Part shown: positions 16,046 to 25,702 of the stretch, piece by piece | Layout: each line of letters opens with the position of its first letter | How positions within the stretch are numbered: the stretch's first letter is position 1 | From: a virus | Direction: 5' to 3' (one strand) | Virus record (IMG/VR): IMGVR_UViG_3300029133_000019 | Span: 1-40,932 of that record | DNA length: 40,932 nt | Program-made: the position numbers and the translations under genes | The notes under the pieces: generated by a model | Databases searched by the model: none | The model's input: only the letters and a program-made list of their open reading frames with translations | What the model was told of the DNA's origin: nothing

Positions 16046-16417
16046 ATGAGAAAATTATCGCAACTTGGTACGGACGAGTGCCTGGACGTGCTGTGCGAGA
16101 TTACCCCGCACATTGTGAATCTCGTTTCTGATGAGGAAATCATGAATGCCATCGGTAAGCCGGTGGACAAGAAAAACTCCACAAAAGTCGGCGTTATGCT
16201 GATTGGTGCGCAGAGGATTACCACCGTTGTTCCGTTGCTGCTGAAAACGCACCGCGCCGACATTTATGCTATTTTGTCCATCATGGGCGAAAAGAGCATT
16301 GAGGAAGTGGCCGCGCAGAGTACCATGGCGACGCTTTGGCAGATTAAGGAGCTTTCCAACGATAAGGAACTGCTGAGTTTTTTCAAATCGTGGGGGCGTG
16401 GGGAGCAGAGCGAATAA
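16046..16417 (+). CDS. Tail assembly chaperone (G-like)
   Basis: The gene lies between the major tail and tape measure genes. It contains a slippery heptamer near its 3' end. Confidence 0.7.
   Translation: MRKLSQLGTDECLDVLCEITPHIVNLVSDEEIMNAIGKPVDKKNSTKVGVMLIGAQRITTVVPLLLKTHRADIYAILSIMGEKSIEEVAAQSTMATLWQIKELSNDKELLSFFKSWGRGEQSE
16378..16384 (+). promoter_or_regulatory. Programmed -1 ribosomal frameshift site T_TTT_TTC (G/GT chaperone)
   Basis: The zero-frame reading is agT TTT TTC. The -1 frame is open from here to 16716. Confidence 0.75.
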
Positions 16418-16716
16418 TCAGCGCGCTGTGCGCCCTCCCCAGAGTACGGGCGAGGGCGTACCTCTCCATTCTTCCCATGGAGTTGAAAAAGCAATGCGAA
16501 CGCGAAATTCTTCGGCGCTACATTACCGACGGTATCCAGATGATAACGCAAAACACGGCGGGGTGTGACAAGCGATTGTATCTATCTATCGGATACGAGG
16601 ATATCATCAGCCCGAAGCCGGAGGAAAGCCGGTCTGCGGAGGATATCGTGGCGGATGTGATGAAAAATGCCGGGCTGAAACTGGTGACGAAAGGCGGTGG
16701 ACAGGATGGGAGCTAA
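16384..16716 (+). CDS. Tail assembly chaperone -1 frame extension (GT fusion product)
   Basis: The -1 frame ORF (...QIVGAWGAERIISAL...) has no convincing start of its own. This is the canonical arrangement upstream of a tape measure gene. Confidence 0.65.
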   Translation, partial: QIVGAWGAERIISALCALPRVRARAYLSILPMELKKQCEREILRRYITDGIQMITQNTAGCDKRLYLSIGYEDIISPKPEESRSAEDIVADVMKNAGLKLVTKGGGQDGS

Positions 16717-19216
16717 TGTATTTGAGCTGTTTGCGACGATCTCGCTGGATACAGATGAATATGAGCGTAAACTAAAGGATTCTGAAAACAAAACAAGCAC
16801 ATTCGCCGACGTTCTGAAAGCCAACCTTGCCAGTGGCGCGATTATTGCCGGAGTAAAGAAGCTTGCCGGGGTAGTTGCAGACGTTGGCAAAGCGGCCTAT
16901 ACAAGTTACGCGCGGTATGAGCAGTTAGCCGGTGGCGCACAGCTGATGTTCGGCGACGCTTACGATTTTGTGGCGGAGAAAGCGAGAAACGCCTACAAGT
17001 CCGTGCAAATGAGCCAGAACGACTATTTGCAGCAGGTGAATGGATTTGCTACCGGCCTGAAAACCGCCCTTGGCGGCAATGTGCAGGCAGCTGCCGAACT
17101 TGCTGACAAAGTTATCACCGCCGAGGCCGACGTTGTGGCGGCAACCGGAAACACCCAAGAAGCCGTGCAGAATGCCTTTAACGGCATCATGAAATCCAAC
17201 TACACCATGCTGGACAATTTGCAGCTGGGTATCACCCCAACAAAAGAGGGATTCCAGCAGCTGATTGATAAGGTAAACGAGTGGAACGCAGAAAACGGCG
17301 AGGCTACTGCCTATACCATTGACAATCTGGCTGACTGCCAGGCCGCCCTTGTGGACTATATCGAAATGCAGGGGCTTGCGGGGTATGCGGCAAATGAAGC
17401 GGCGGGCACCATCGAGGGTTCTACGGCATCCATGAAAGCAGCATGGCAAAATCTGGCTACCGGCATGGCTGACAGCAGCGCCGACATGGAAGGACTTACC
17501 AAGGACTTCGTGGACAGCGTATTTACAGCCGGAAAGAACATTATACCCCGTGTACAGCAAATCGTTACCGGCGTTGGAACTGCCACGGCAGAAGCTATTT
17601 CGTATCTCCGGGAAACGAATAGCGCTATTGATCTTCTCGCCACGGCGTTTGAGTTCGCGGCCACAGCGGCGACCGTTGCCGGTGCTGCAATCGGGGCGAA
17701 TATGGCCGGAAAAGCCATTGCGAATATTGCTACCGTGTTCACAGCGAATGCCTCGGCGCTTGCGTTTTTTACAGCGGAAAGCGGGAAAGCGGCGGTTGCG
17801 GAAGCCACGCTAAACGGTGTGTTTTCCGTCAGTGAAATCGCCGTTGGTGTACTCACCGGCCAGATTTCCCTTGCAACTGCGGCGCAATACGCATGGAATA
17901 CGGCGATACAAGCAAACCCAATAGGTTTGATTGCCGCTGCTGTAGCGGCTCTGGCGATTGGCATTGGAAAGGCAACCAAGGCACACAAGGCGTTCGTCAA
18001 AGAGTTAGCCGGAGAGCCGCAGACGGTAGAAGAAGCACGCGCAAAGGTAGAAGAGCTTGAGCAGCAGTATGAGGAAGCTTCAAAAGCCAGGCTGGAAATG
18101 TTCTCGTCTGATGCTGGTTTCAGCGGCGATACCGTCGAGATGGAGAGATTAGCTGAAGCCATAAAGCAGGCGAAGCAGAATCTTGCCGATTTGGAAGCGC
18201 AGGAGCAGGCCGCCGCCGAGGAAGCGGCAAAGCCCGCAAATGTGATAAAGGCTGCTTCTGAGGAATACGCGGCCGCCGCACAGTCCATTTTGGAGGATTA
18301 CCAGAATACTTATACCACCATCTATAACGGGTTGCATGATGTGGGGTCCGCATTTACTTCCCAAATAGAAGTTGTGAAAATGTCGTGGGATGGCCTCATG
18401 GGGAATTTGCACGGTAATACCGAAGTTCTCCAGCAGATTGACGAAGATTTTGCGTTCATTCGTGAAAAAGCAGACCTCGCAGGCGTTAGCATTGATGGGC
18501 TAGGCAAGTATCTTGCAGCCATGAGTGATGGGGAAAAGGCCGGATTCCTTGCGGGAGTGCGTGAAGAACTTGAAGATATGTCCGGCGGCACCGAGGGGCT
18601 AAGCAAAAAACTTGCGGAGCTTATGGATAATGTTTCTGCATATGAGGCCGCAGGAACCGAAACTTCTGATGGATTGGCGTTGGCGGTGGAGAATGTGAAC
18701 GCTCGTATGCAGGAGGCCGCAGACAGCTACGTGGAAAAGGTGGGCGATCTCGACCAGGAGGCGGCGGCTACAGAGGCGGCAACCAATACCATGAGCGGAC
18801 TGGTTGCTGGTATCGATAGCAGCACCCCCGGAGTTCTGGCAAAGCTTGATTCTCTCGCCTCCCAGATGAAATCACGGCTGACAAATAGCTTTGCCAACTA
18901 CACGCTCACGATAAAGGCCAATATCAAGGGTAGCAACATTCCCGGTGCGAAGAGCGGCCTTGATTATGTACCATACGATGACTACCTAGTGCGCCTCCAT
19001 AAGGGGGAAAAAGTTCTCACCGCCAAGGAAGCGCGAGCGTATAGGGCTGGAAAATCTGCTGGTGCGTCCGGCGGGGCGGACTACGACGGAGCGGGCTTTG
19101 CTGGTGGTGGACGCGGCGTGATAATTATCCAGAATATTAATTCTCCTGTGCAATCCGAAGTGGAGCTGGCAGCAGCCACAGAGGCTTATTTCACACAAGC
19201 GAGGTGGACGATTTGA
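16697..19216 (+). CDS. Tape measure protein
   Basis: An 839-aa Ala-rich helical protein with a hydrophobic central segment. It is the largest ORF and lies in the tail module. The start may be ATG 16706. Confidence 0.85.
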   Translation: MDRMGANVFELFATISLDTDEYERKLKDSENKTSTFADVLKANLASGAIIAGVKKLAGVVADVGKAAYTSYARYEQLAGGAQLMFGDAYDFVAEKARNAYKSVQMSQNDYLQQVNGFATGLKTALGGNVQAAAELADKVITAEADVVAATGNTQEAVQNAFNGIMKSNYTMLDNLQLGITPTKEGFQQLIDKVNEWNAENGEATAYTIDNLADCQAALVDYIEMQGLAGYAANEAAGTIEGSTASMKAAWQNLATGMADSSADMEGLTKDFVDSVFTAGKNIIPRVQQIVTGVGTATAEAISYLRETNSAIDLLATAFEFAATAATVAGAAIGANMAGKAIANIATVFTANASALAFFTAESGKAAVAEATLNGVFSVSEIAVGVLTGQISLATAAQYAWNTAIQANPIGLIAAAVAALAIGIGKATKAHKAFVKELAGEPQTVEEARAKVEELEQQYEEASKARLEMFSSDAGFSGDTVEMERLAEAIKQAKQNLADLEAQEQAAAEEAAKPANVIKAASEEYAAAAQSILEDYQNTYTTIYNGLHDVGSAFTSQIEVVKMSWDGLMGNLHGNTEVLQQIDEDFAFIREKADLAGVSIDGLGKYLAAMSDGEKAGFLAGVREELEDMSGGTEGLSKKLAELMDNVSAYEAAGTETSDGLALAVENVNARMQEAADSYVEKVGDLDQEAAATEAATNTMSGLVAGIDSSTPGVLAKLDSLASQMKSRLTNSFANYTLTIKANIKGSNIPGAKSGLDYVPYDDYLVRLHKGEKVLTAKEARAYRAGKSAGASGGADYDGAGFAGGGRGVIIIQNINSPVQSEVELAAATEAYFTQARWTI

Positions 19217-20070
19217 CGAACTTCAATAATTTAAGCAAGTTGTTCCGCTACGTGAACGAAAACGGGGATAGCGTTACCTTTGATTATGCCGGAGGATATC
19301 TTATCAATAAGCCCACGGGCATCGATACGGTAACGGTATCCCTGTCCCAGGCGAAGGGCATTAACCAGACGGGCGCGACAATTCAGAGCAAAAACGTTCA
19401 GCCCCGGCCTGTAAATGTCAACGGGCGTCTGGTGGGAGACGGACAAGCAGCGAATAAAGAAAAGCTGCTTTCCGTTATCCGCCCCGATATTTCCGGGAAG
19501 CTATATGCGGATGATTACTATCTGAATGTTTGGCCTACGGCGACACCCAACATTGAGGCGAAGCAATGGGGCGCGCAGTTCCAGTTTTCCCTTTTGGCGG
19601 CGTACCCGTACTGGTGCAAGGATGATTCCGCAGCGGTAACGTTGTCCGGCATTCAAAAGCTATTCAAATTCCCGTGGAACATTTCAAGGCCGTATCGTTT
19701 CGGACAGCTGTTTGAAGCGAAATTTATCAATGTGGAGAACCGCGGCCAGGTTCCCGTCCCGTTTACTGCTACTCTTTCGGCAAGCGGTGATGTGGAAAAT
19801 CCCAAAATCACCAACGCCGCGACGGGAAAATTTCTGCTGATAAATAAAACTATCGTCAGCGGGGAGCGGCTGATTGTAGAGATTACGCACGATCGGACAA
19901 CTGTAACGTCATCCGTCGACGGAGATTGCCGGGGCGCGTTGAGCCTGAAAAGCACTTTGTTTCAGCTGGAAGTTGGGGATAATGTGCTGAAGCCGGAAGC
20001 GACAAGCGGGCTTGCGAATTTGCAGGTGGATATTGATTTCGCAACGGAGATCGTGGGGATCGCGCTATGA
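19204..20070 (+). CDS. Distal tail protein (Dit, Sipho_tail-like)
   Basis: A GTG start overlaps the end of the tape measure gene. Size and position are typical of Dit. Confidence 0.65.
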   Translation: MDDLTNFNNLSKLFRYVNENGDSVTFDYAGGYLINKPTGIDTVTVSLSQAKGINQTGATIQSKNVQPRPVNVNGRLVGDGQAANKEKLLSVIRPDISGKLYADDYYLNVWPTATPNIEAKQWGAQFQFSLLAAYPYWCKDDSAAVTLSGIQKLFKFPWNISRPYRFGQLFEAKFINVENRGQVPVPFTATLSASGDVENPKITNAATGKFLLINKTIVSGERLIVEITHDRTTVTSSVDGDCRGALSLKSTLFQLEVGDNVLKPEATSGLANLQVDIDFATEIVGIAL

Positions 20071-21095
20071 GCTTTGAAATCTATAAAGAGGACTTTTCCA
20101 CACGGTACGAAATCCGGCACGCAATCAGTGTTATCATGAATATTTACTACAACGATGTCGGAAAGCTGATACTGGTTGCGCCGGTAAGCGACTACAACAT
20201 TAACGTGCTGAAAGTCGGCAATCTCCTGTATGATACGAGCAGAAACGTAACATTTGTGATAGAAAACACAAAGATTGACACGACCACGAACCGCATAACG
20301 GCGAACGGCTACACCGCGAACTGGCTTTTGAATAAGCGCATCATTGCAGCGGAATACCACATGACAACTATTGAGACGGGCGTGTACAAGCTGGTAAGCG
20401 ATAATCTCCGGGGAATGACAAGGATTCAGGTTGCACAGGCAACCGGGATGACCGATAAAACGGACAATGTTTTCATGGGCGGGAATTTGCTGGATGAAAT
20501 TATCCCGTTTCTTGAAGAAAAAGGCATAGGCCACACAATGGAGTGGAACCCCGACGACATGACACACACTTTCCGCCTTTACAAGGGGCGCGACCTGACG
20601 GCTGGCATTCACGCTATTGTCTTTTCGGAGGAACAGGGAAGCGCAAAAGACCTTGTGATCAACGACGACGATTCCACCCTCTGTAATGTGGCCTATGTGC
20701 AGGGAAGCCTTAGCGGAGAGGATAACACATTTGTTGAAATCGTCGGCGATGCAACCGGGGACAATCGCCGGGAAGTGTGGTTCAAAACTGCCGTTCGGCA
20801 GGAAAATGACGAATCTGCGGCTGATTGCAAAGCCCGCGCGCGTGCCTACGGCCAAATGGAGCTCGGGAAGCGAATCCGGCGAAAGTCCTTTTCCGTATCC
20901 ATCGACCCGGAAGACCTGGGCAAGTATTACGCTCTGGGAGACATTGTGTCGTGCGTATCTGCCCGGTTTGGGGTATCGTTCAGCGCCCGGATTACGGGCG
21001 TTAAGTACACCTTGGACAGCAACAAAGCCCGGACAGAAGTTATCCTGGGCGACCCTATTCTTACAGCATTGGGGGCAATGAAATTAAATGGCTAA
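20067..21095 (+). CDS. Tail-associated protein (siphovirus ReqiPepy6 Gp37-like family)
   Basis: An ATGA overlap joins it to the upstream gene. The sequence pattern and its position after Dit resemble the Gp37-like family, recalled from memory. Confidence 0.6.
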   Translation: MSFEIYKEDFSTRYEIRHAISVIMNIYYNDVGKLILVAPVSDYNINVLKVGNLLYDTSRNVTFVIENTKIDTTTNRITANGYTANWLLNKRIIAAEYHMTTIETGVYKLVSDNLRGMTRIQVAQATGMTDKTDNVFMGGNLLDEIIPFLEEKGIGHTMEWNPDDMTHTFRLYKGRDLTAGIHAIVFSEEQGSAKDLVINDDDSTLCNVAYVQGSLSGEDNTFVEIVGDATGDNRREVWFKTAVRQENDESAADCKARARAYGQMELGKRIRRKSFSVSIDPEDLGKYYALGDIVSCVSARFGVSFSARITGVKYTLDSNKARTEVILGDPILTALGAMKLNG

Positions 21096-22053
21096 TATCA
21101 AAAGTTTCCCGAATAACCAAGATACATACATAGGCGCAGAAGACGTTATGCGCTGGCATCATGGCCGCACATCCGGCGTTTTTGCCGCTGGCAGCAATGC
21201 ATCCGTGCAGGCGCTTTCCACTCCCGGAATGGCGGTGGAAGTCTCAGACGGAACCGGATGGATGGCGAATTCCGGCAGGAACGGCATTGTGTGGTGGATT
21301 GATAATGAATCCGTTGATGGCGCCAAATTGCAGCTTGCCGTTGACGCGGCAGACGGCGTTCTGAATCGGATTGACCGCGTAATCGTGGAGTGGAAAACCA
21401 CAAACTATGTGGACTATCCGGAAGTGAAGATATTGAAAGGCGCAAAATCCGGGACGGCAGCAGCACCGGCGCTGACAAACAACAGCACAATCCGGCAAAT
21501 CAGCCTTGCGCGGATTTCCATTGCGGCCGGTACAACTGCTATCACAGCTTCCATGATTACGGATGAACGGCTTGATGCTTCTGTGTGCGGGCTGGTGACG
21601 GAAAAGGTGGGCATTGATACAAGCACAATGCAGAGCCAGTTTTCCACGCTCCTGCAAGAAACGCAGGCACAAGTAAAAGATGTGCTTGATGATACCACGG
21701 CGCAAGCCACATCGGTGCTGGATTCCATCAACCGGGAGTTGGCCGATCTGGAAGCCGGCACGGCGGTGGAGCTGAAAAAGCTTCTGTTCACGGATACTAA
21801 CGTACCGGTATCCGCGTTTGTGGCTGATTCTACATATCAGGATTATCCATTCCGCGCGGCGATTGCGCTGACGGGGGTGTTGGATACCATGATTCCAGAG
21901 GTGGTTCTTGGCGTGGCAGACGCAATTGACGGCAATTTTGCCCCTGTTGCGGCTACCTATAACGGCGGTGTGTATCTGTATGCTGCAAGCGCCCCGGAAT
22001 CGGCAATTACAATTCCCACCATTATTTGCTGGAAAGGCGGTGCAAGCGCATGA
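21088..22053 (+). CDS. Tail fibre / baseplate-associated structural protein
   Basis: The call rests on position. A coiled-coil middle segment is present (QSQFSTLLQETQAQVKDVLDD). Confidence 0.45.
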   Translation: MANIKSFPNNQDTYIGAEDVMRWHHGRTSGVFAAGSNASVQALSTPGMAVEVSDGTGWMANSGRNGIVWWIDNESVDGAKLQLAVDAADGVLNRIDRVIVEWKTTNYVDYPEVKILKGAKSGTAAAPALTNNSTIRQISLARISIAAGTTAITASMITDERLDASVCGLVTEKVGIDTSTMQSQFSTLLQETQAQVKDVLDDTTAQATSVLDSINRELADLEAGTAVELKKLLFTDTNVPVSAFVADSTYQDYPFRAAIALTGVLDTMIPEVVLGVADAIDGNFAPVAATYNGGVYLYAASAPESAITIPTIICWKGGASA

Positions 22054-23048
22054 TTGGCAGAGTTAACACTGGTGGAGGAGGTTCCGGCGGTACCCTGACC
22101 GTCACAGCCCCGGCAAACGTCACCGTGACTGTTTCCAAGGACGGCAAGACAAAGACCAAGAACTCCGGAACAACGGGTGTTGTGGTGTTCAAGGGGCTTG
22201 CAAGCGGGACGTGGACAGTTACCATCACCGGCGACGGAAAGACTGCCCAAAAGAATGTTGTGATCACAACTGATTACAGCACGGCAATTTCGTTTAACAC
22301 CATCCCAGAATTCACCTATACCGGCGACTACGAGATTGTCAACGATTCCGACGAGCCTATCACCGTGTCTCAGGACAACTGGAAAATCCGCTTCCTCACC
22401 TCTGGTACGCTGACGTTTACCAATCTCAATGGTGCAGAGGGCGGTATCGACGTCTTCCTTGTTGGAGGAGGAGGTGGAGGTGGGCAAGGCTGGAACAGCG
22501 CAGGTGCTGGCGGCGGTGGCGGCTATACAAAAACCGTGAAGGCTGTAACTGTAGCTGCTGGCACGGCATATACAATAACCGTAGGCGCAGGAGGTACGGT
22601 GACATCAACCGCAAAGAGCAATGACGGAGGTATCACAAGTGCTTTCGGGTCTTCGGCGTCTGGCGGACAAGGTGGCGGCGGAATAAATCAAAGTAACATT
22701 GATTGGGTCGGCGGAAACGGCGGCTCTGGTGGTGCTAACTATCCTCACAATTATGGCGGAACTGATGGCAGCAACGCCAATCCCGGCGGAACTGGGCAGG
22801 GGACTACCACGCGGGAGTTTGGGATCTCCGGTGGAAAACTGTATTCAGGCGGTGGCAGTAGTGGTACGTATATTTACGGCGATGGCACGACTATTGGTGC
22901 CGTTGATGTAACGGCAGGTGCCGCAGGTGTTAGCCCCCCCTCAAACCGCGGAGGAGGTGGCGGAGGGTCAAACCACGCTGGCTATAACAATGCTACGGCT
23001 GGCGGCTCTGGCATCGTAATCATCCGCAATGCAAGGGGGGCTGCATAA
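22050..23048 (+). CDS. Glycine-rich tail fibre-like protein
   Basis: An ATGA overlap joins it to the upstream gene. An N-terminal Ig-like segment is followed by long GGGGG/GxGG tracts and a GSGIVIIR end, typical of glycine-rich phage fibre proteins. Confidence 0.6.
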   Translation: MIGRVNTGGGGSGGTLTVTAPANVTVTVSKDGKTKTKNSGTTGVVVFKGLASGTWTVTITGDGKTAQKNVVITTDYSTAISFNTIPEFTYTGDYEIVNDSDEPITVSQDNWKIRFLTSGTLTFTNLNGAEGGIDVFLVGGGGGGGQGWNSAGAGGGGGYTKTVKAVTVAAGTAYTITVGAGGTVTSTAKSNDGGITSAFGSSASGGQGGGGINQSNIDWVGGNGGSGGANYPHNYGGTDGSNANPGGTGQGTTTREFGISGGKLYSGGGSSGTYIYGDGTTIGAVDVTAGAAGVSPPSNRGGGGGGSNHAGYNNATAGGSGIVIIRNARGAA

Positions 23049-23302
23049 TGGCAAAATCAATGGCGCTTATTGAAAACGGCACCGTGGCCAATATGCTATG
23101 GTGTACCGATTCTGAACCGGAGACGGAATCCCTCATCAACCCCGCAGATCGCCCCGTGGCTATCGGCGATACCTACAGCAATGGTAAATTCTATCGGGAC
23201 GGGGTGGAAATCCTCACCCCGCTGGAAGAGTCGTTGAAAAAGAACGCCGAATATGAATCTGCGTTGACTGAAATTGAAACCGCTCTGGGGGTGAACGCAT
23301 GA
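23048..23302 (+). CDS. Hypothetical tail-module protein
   Basis: An 84-aa ORF abutting the fibre gene. Confidence 0.45.
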   Translation: MAKSMALIENGTVANMLWCTDSEPETESLINPADRPVAIGDTYSNGKFYRDGVEILTPLEESLKKNAEYESALTEIETALGVNA

Positions 23303-23421
23303 CGATAGAAGAACGCAAAAACGCTATCCTTGCTAAAATTGCGGAAATAAAAGCCAGCGGCGGCGAGGAACAGCTTAAAGAGCTGGATGAAGCCTACAAG
23401 AAAGGGGTTGACAGTCTGTGA
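23299..23421 (+). CDS. Small helical protein (40 aa)
   Basis: Overlaps of ATGA and GTGA join it to both neighbours. Hand translation gives MTIEERKNAILAKIAEIKASGGEEQLKELDEAYKKGVDSL. Confidence 0.35.
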   Translation: MTIEERKNAILAKIAEIKASGGEEQLKELDEAYKKGVDSL

Positions 23422-23867
23422 CACAAGAGGAAAGAAAAAGCATCATGTATGCCCAGGGGCGGGCGAACGCACTTGCCCTACAAGAGAAAGCCCCGGACAT
23501 GACAGGCACCGAACTGAACGCGGCGGATAGCGACATTCCCAGTTTCAAGGCCGCTGTCGCAAACACAAACATGTTGGAGCGCAAGGCCGGGTTTGTGTGC
23601 CGATCATCTGCTGGCCGTGTGGTGCGGCTGGTGCAGCCCTATGACAGCACTATCTACACCCAGGAGCCAGAGGAACTTCCTGCACAGTGGGGGTTTGCTT
23701 GGAGCACCGACCCAGCGAAAGCGTTGCCGTTCGTCGCCATGTCTACCAGCCCCTATAATAAGGGAGACTGCTGCACGGAGGGCAGTAAAGTGTACCGCTC
23801 CACGTTGGACAATAATGTATGGTCGCCGTCCGCATACCCTCAGGGCTGGAAAGAGGTGAACGTATGA
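23418..23867 (+). CDS. Protein with CBM5/12-like carbohydrate-binding C-terminus
   Basis: The C-terminal YNKGDCCTEGSKVYRSTLDNNVWSPSAYPQGWKEV resembles the chitin/carbohydrate-binding module 5/12 pattern. Confidence 0.45.
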   Translation: MTQEERKSIMYAQGRANALALQEKAPDMTGTELNAADSDIPSFKAAVANTNMLERKAGFVCRSSAGRVVRLVQPYDSTIYTQEPEELPAQWGFAWSTDPAKALPFVAMSTSPYNKGDCCTEGSKVYRSTLDNNVWSPSAYPQGWKEVNV

Positions 23868-24478
23868 CGGTAAAGCAAATCCAATGCCTGTTGACTTACC
23901 TTGGCTATTCTCCCGGCACGATTGACGGCATTGAGGGCAGGAACACCCAAGGAGCTGTCCGAGCGTTTCAGGCCGGCTATGGACTTACCGTGGACGGGAT
24001 TCCGGGGGCGGCTACCCAGAAAATGCTGATTGGTGCTATCGCCGGGACGGCGGTAAAGGTGGAAAAGCCGGAGGACAGCACCGCGCCGACGACCGGGACT
24101 TTCTGGGACGATATCAAGTATTTCACCCGGGAGGAATTCCGGTGCCAGTGCGGCGGGAAATACTGCAATGGATTCCCCGCAGAACCCGCAGAGGAAACCG
24201 TCCGCATGGCGGATGAGATACGCCGCCGGGCTGGGGTTCCCCTGAATGTGAATTCCGGTGTGCGGTGCAAGCGGCACAATGCCGAGGTAGGCGGGGTATC
24301 CAACTCCCTGCACACCACGGGGCAGGCTGTAGACCTCTCAGGGGCTATCTCCCCGGAGAAGCTGTATGCCATAGCGCAGGAGGTACAGGCTGAGAAAATC
24401 CCCGAGCGGGGCGGCCTGGGGCTGTACGGATGGGGCATTCACGAGGACAACGGGAAATACAGCCGGTGGAACGGCTGA
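23864..24478 (+). CDS. Endolysin: PG_binding_1 domain plus Peptidase_M15 (zinc D-Ala-D-Ala carboxypeptidase-like) domain
   Basis: The N-terminus LLTYLGYSPGTIDGIEGRNTQGAVRAFQAGYGLTVDGIPG is a peptidoglycan-binding motif. The C-terminus SGVRCKRHNAEVGGVSNSLHTTGQAVD carries the M15 H/D metal-ligand pattern. Confidence 0.85.
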   Translation: MTVKQIQCLLTYLGYSPGTIDGIEGRNTQGAVRAFQAGYGLTVDGIPGAATQKMLIGAIAGTAVKVEKPEDSTAPTTGTFWDDIKYFTREEFRCQCGGKYCNGFPAEPAEETVRMADEIRRRAGVPLNVNSGVRCKRHNAEVGGVSNSLHTTGQAVDLSGAISPEKLYAIAQEVQAEKIPERGGLGLYGWGIHEDNGKYSRWNG

Positions 24479-24493
24479 GAAGGGAGTATGCCA

Positions 24494-24793
24494 ATGGAAG
24501 AAACGGAAATCGCTGGGCGGCTTTCTGCGGTAGAACAGCGGAGCAAATCCAACTCCCACCGTCTGGACGCGCTGGAGAAGCATACGGAAGCGCTGAACAC
24601 GCTGGCAACGTCTGTTGCTGTCATGGCGGAGAAGGTGGAGGTCACCGGGGAGAAGGTTGACGGCCTCTGCACGGACGTGCAGGAGCTGAAATCCGAACCC
24701 GGCAAGCGGTGGAAGTCGGTGGTAGAAAGGGTCATATACATCGTCGTAGCCGCTGTAGTAGGGTTTATTCTTGCCCGGCTTGGGCTGGGCTAA
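24494..24793 (+). CDS. XhlA-like lysis-associated membrane protein
   Basis: An N-terminal coiled coil (RLSAVEQRSKSNSHRLDALE) is combined with a single C-terminal TM helix (VIYIVVAAVVGFILARLGL). Confidence 0.5.
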   Translation: MEETEIAGRLSAVEQRSKSNSHRLDALEKHTEALNTLATSVAVMAEKVEVTGEKVDGLCTDVQELKSEPGKRWKSVVERVIYIVVAAVVGFILARLGLG

Positions 24794-24814
24794 ATTTAAG
24801 GAGGAAAACAAAAA

Positions 24815-25087
24815 ATGATTGTCACAGGAATGGATCACTTTCAGAGCGTGTGCAAGCGAAAGCTCGTGGAGCATTACAATGCCACAACGGGAGAATCCAC
24901 GCAAATCGACCTCAGCAATGTATTTGTAGTTTGGGCGTGCAAGACGTTGCAGAACTACAAAGCGTTGCTTTCGACTACCGTTTCCGGTGATGGTGTGTAT
25001 GTGGAATACACATACAACGGAGACAAGCAGGAACTCTACGAGGACTTCTACATCAAATCCACAAATCGGAAAATTGTGGAAGAATAA
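24815..25087 (+). CDS. Hypothetical protein in the lysis module
   Basis: A 90-aa ORF with AAGGAGGAAAACAAAAA upstream. No recognised motif. Confidence 0.45.
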   Translation: MIVTGMDHFQSVCKRKLVEHYNATTGESTQIDLSNVFVVWACKTLQNYKALLSTTVSGDGVYVEYTYNGDKQELYEDFYIKSTNRKIVEE

Positions 25088-25101
25088 GGAGGAAAACAAA
25101 A

Positions 25102-25359
25102 ATGATTAACTGGATTGTACGTATCAAGAACAAAAACTTCTGGCTGGCCGCGATTCCCGCGCTGCTTCTGCTGGTGCAGACGGTAGCCGCCCTGTTCGGC
25201 TTTACGCTGGACTTGGGCGAAATTGGCGACAAGCTGCTGGCCGTGGTGAACGCCGTGTTTGCTCTGCTGGTGATCCTGGGCGTGGTCAATGATCCTACCA
25301 CCGCCGGTATCGCTGACAGCAAACTGGCAAGAACTTACAGTTCCCCCAAGGAGGACTGA
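25102..25359 (+). CDS. Holin (phi-LC3 / Phage_holin_1-like)
   Basis: MINWIVRIKNKNFWLAAIPALLLLVQ...VVNDPTTAGIADS matches the remembered holin family pattern. Two TM helices are present. Confidence 0.7.
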   Translation: MINWIVRIKNKNFWLAAIPALLLLVQTVAALFGFTLDLGEIGDKLLAVVNAVFALLVILGVVNDPTTAGIADSKLARTYSSPKED

Positions 25360-25367
25360 TGTGATAA

Positions 25368-25604
25368 GTGGATAAAGTCCCGTGGAATCGGGTGATTCTG
25401 GATGAGTTCTGTTCTCTGGCGATTCTCACGCCGTTGGAGGAAAAGATCATCCGCACCCGAGCCGCCGGATGGAGCCGTGTACAGCAGTGCCACGCTTACG
25501 GCATGTCCCTTGCCACATTAGATAGGTACATTAGGAAGTTGAAAAACTCCTATAGCAGTGTGCAGGAGTATAGCTACATACTCCCCAAAAACATAGACTT
25601 CTGA
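25368..25604 (+). CDS. Small sigma-region-4/LuxR-like HTH protein
   Basis: GTG start. The segment LTPLEEKIIRTRAAGWSRVQQCHAYGMSLATLDRYIRKLK resembles a sigma-70 region 4 HTH. Confidence 0.45.
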   Translation: MDKVPWNRVILDEFCSLAILTPLEEKIIRTRAAGWSRVQQCHAYGMSLATLDRYIRKLKNSYSSVQEYSYILPKNIDF

Positions 25605-25630
25605 TAGCTTTTTGAAGGATATGCGATTGT

Positions 25631-25671
25631 AAGTCGGTAGGGAAACGAGAGTTTCCCTACCGACTTTTTTG
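25631..25671 (+). terminator. Strong Rho-independent terminator ending the late/lysis operon
   Basis: A 16-bp perfect stem AAGTCGGTAGGGAAAC/GTTTCCCTACCGACTT with loop GAGA is followed by TTTTG. Confidence 0.85.
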
Positions 25672-25702
25672 TTATTCTATAGGCAGGAAGGGGGCGTTGC
25701 CT

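Noticed and set aside
16925-18288. Long - strand ORFs (211 and 310 aa) inside the tape measure gene
   Set aside because: These are typical shadow ORFs opposite an Ala-rich, GC-biased gene. No independent signals support them.
19962-20855. 297-aa - strand ORF opposite the Gp37-like tail gene
   Set aside because: This is a shadow ORF. The + strand gene is translationally coupled to both neighbours in the tail operon.
22480-22500. Poly-Gly coding tract in the fibre gene considered as a slippage or phase-variation site
   Set aside because: The codons are mixed (gga/ggt/ggg), not a homopolymer or simple repeat, so slippage is unlikely.
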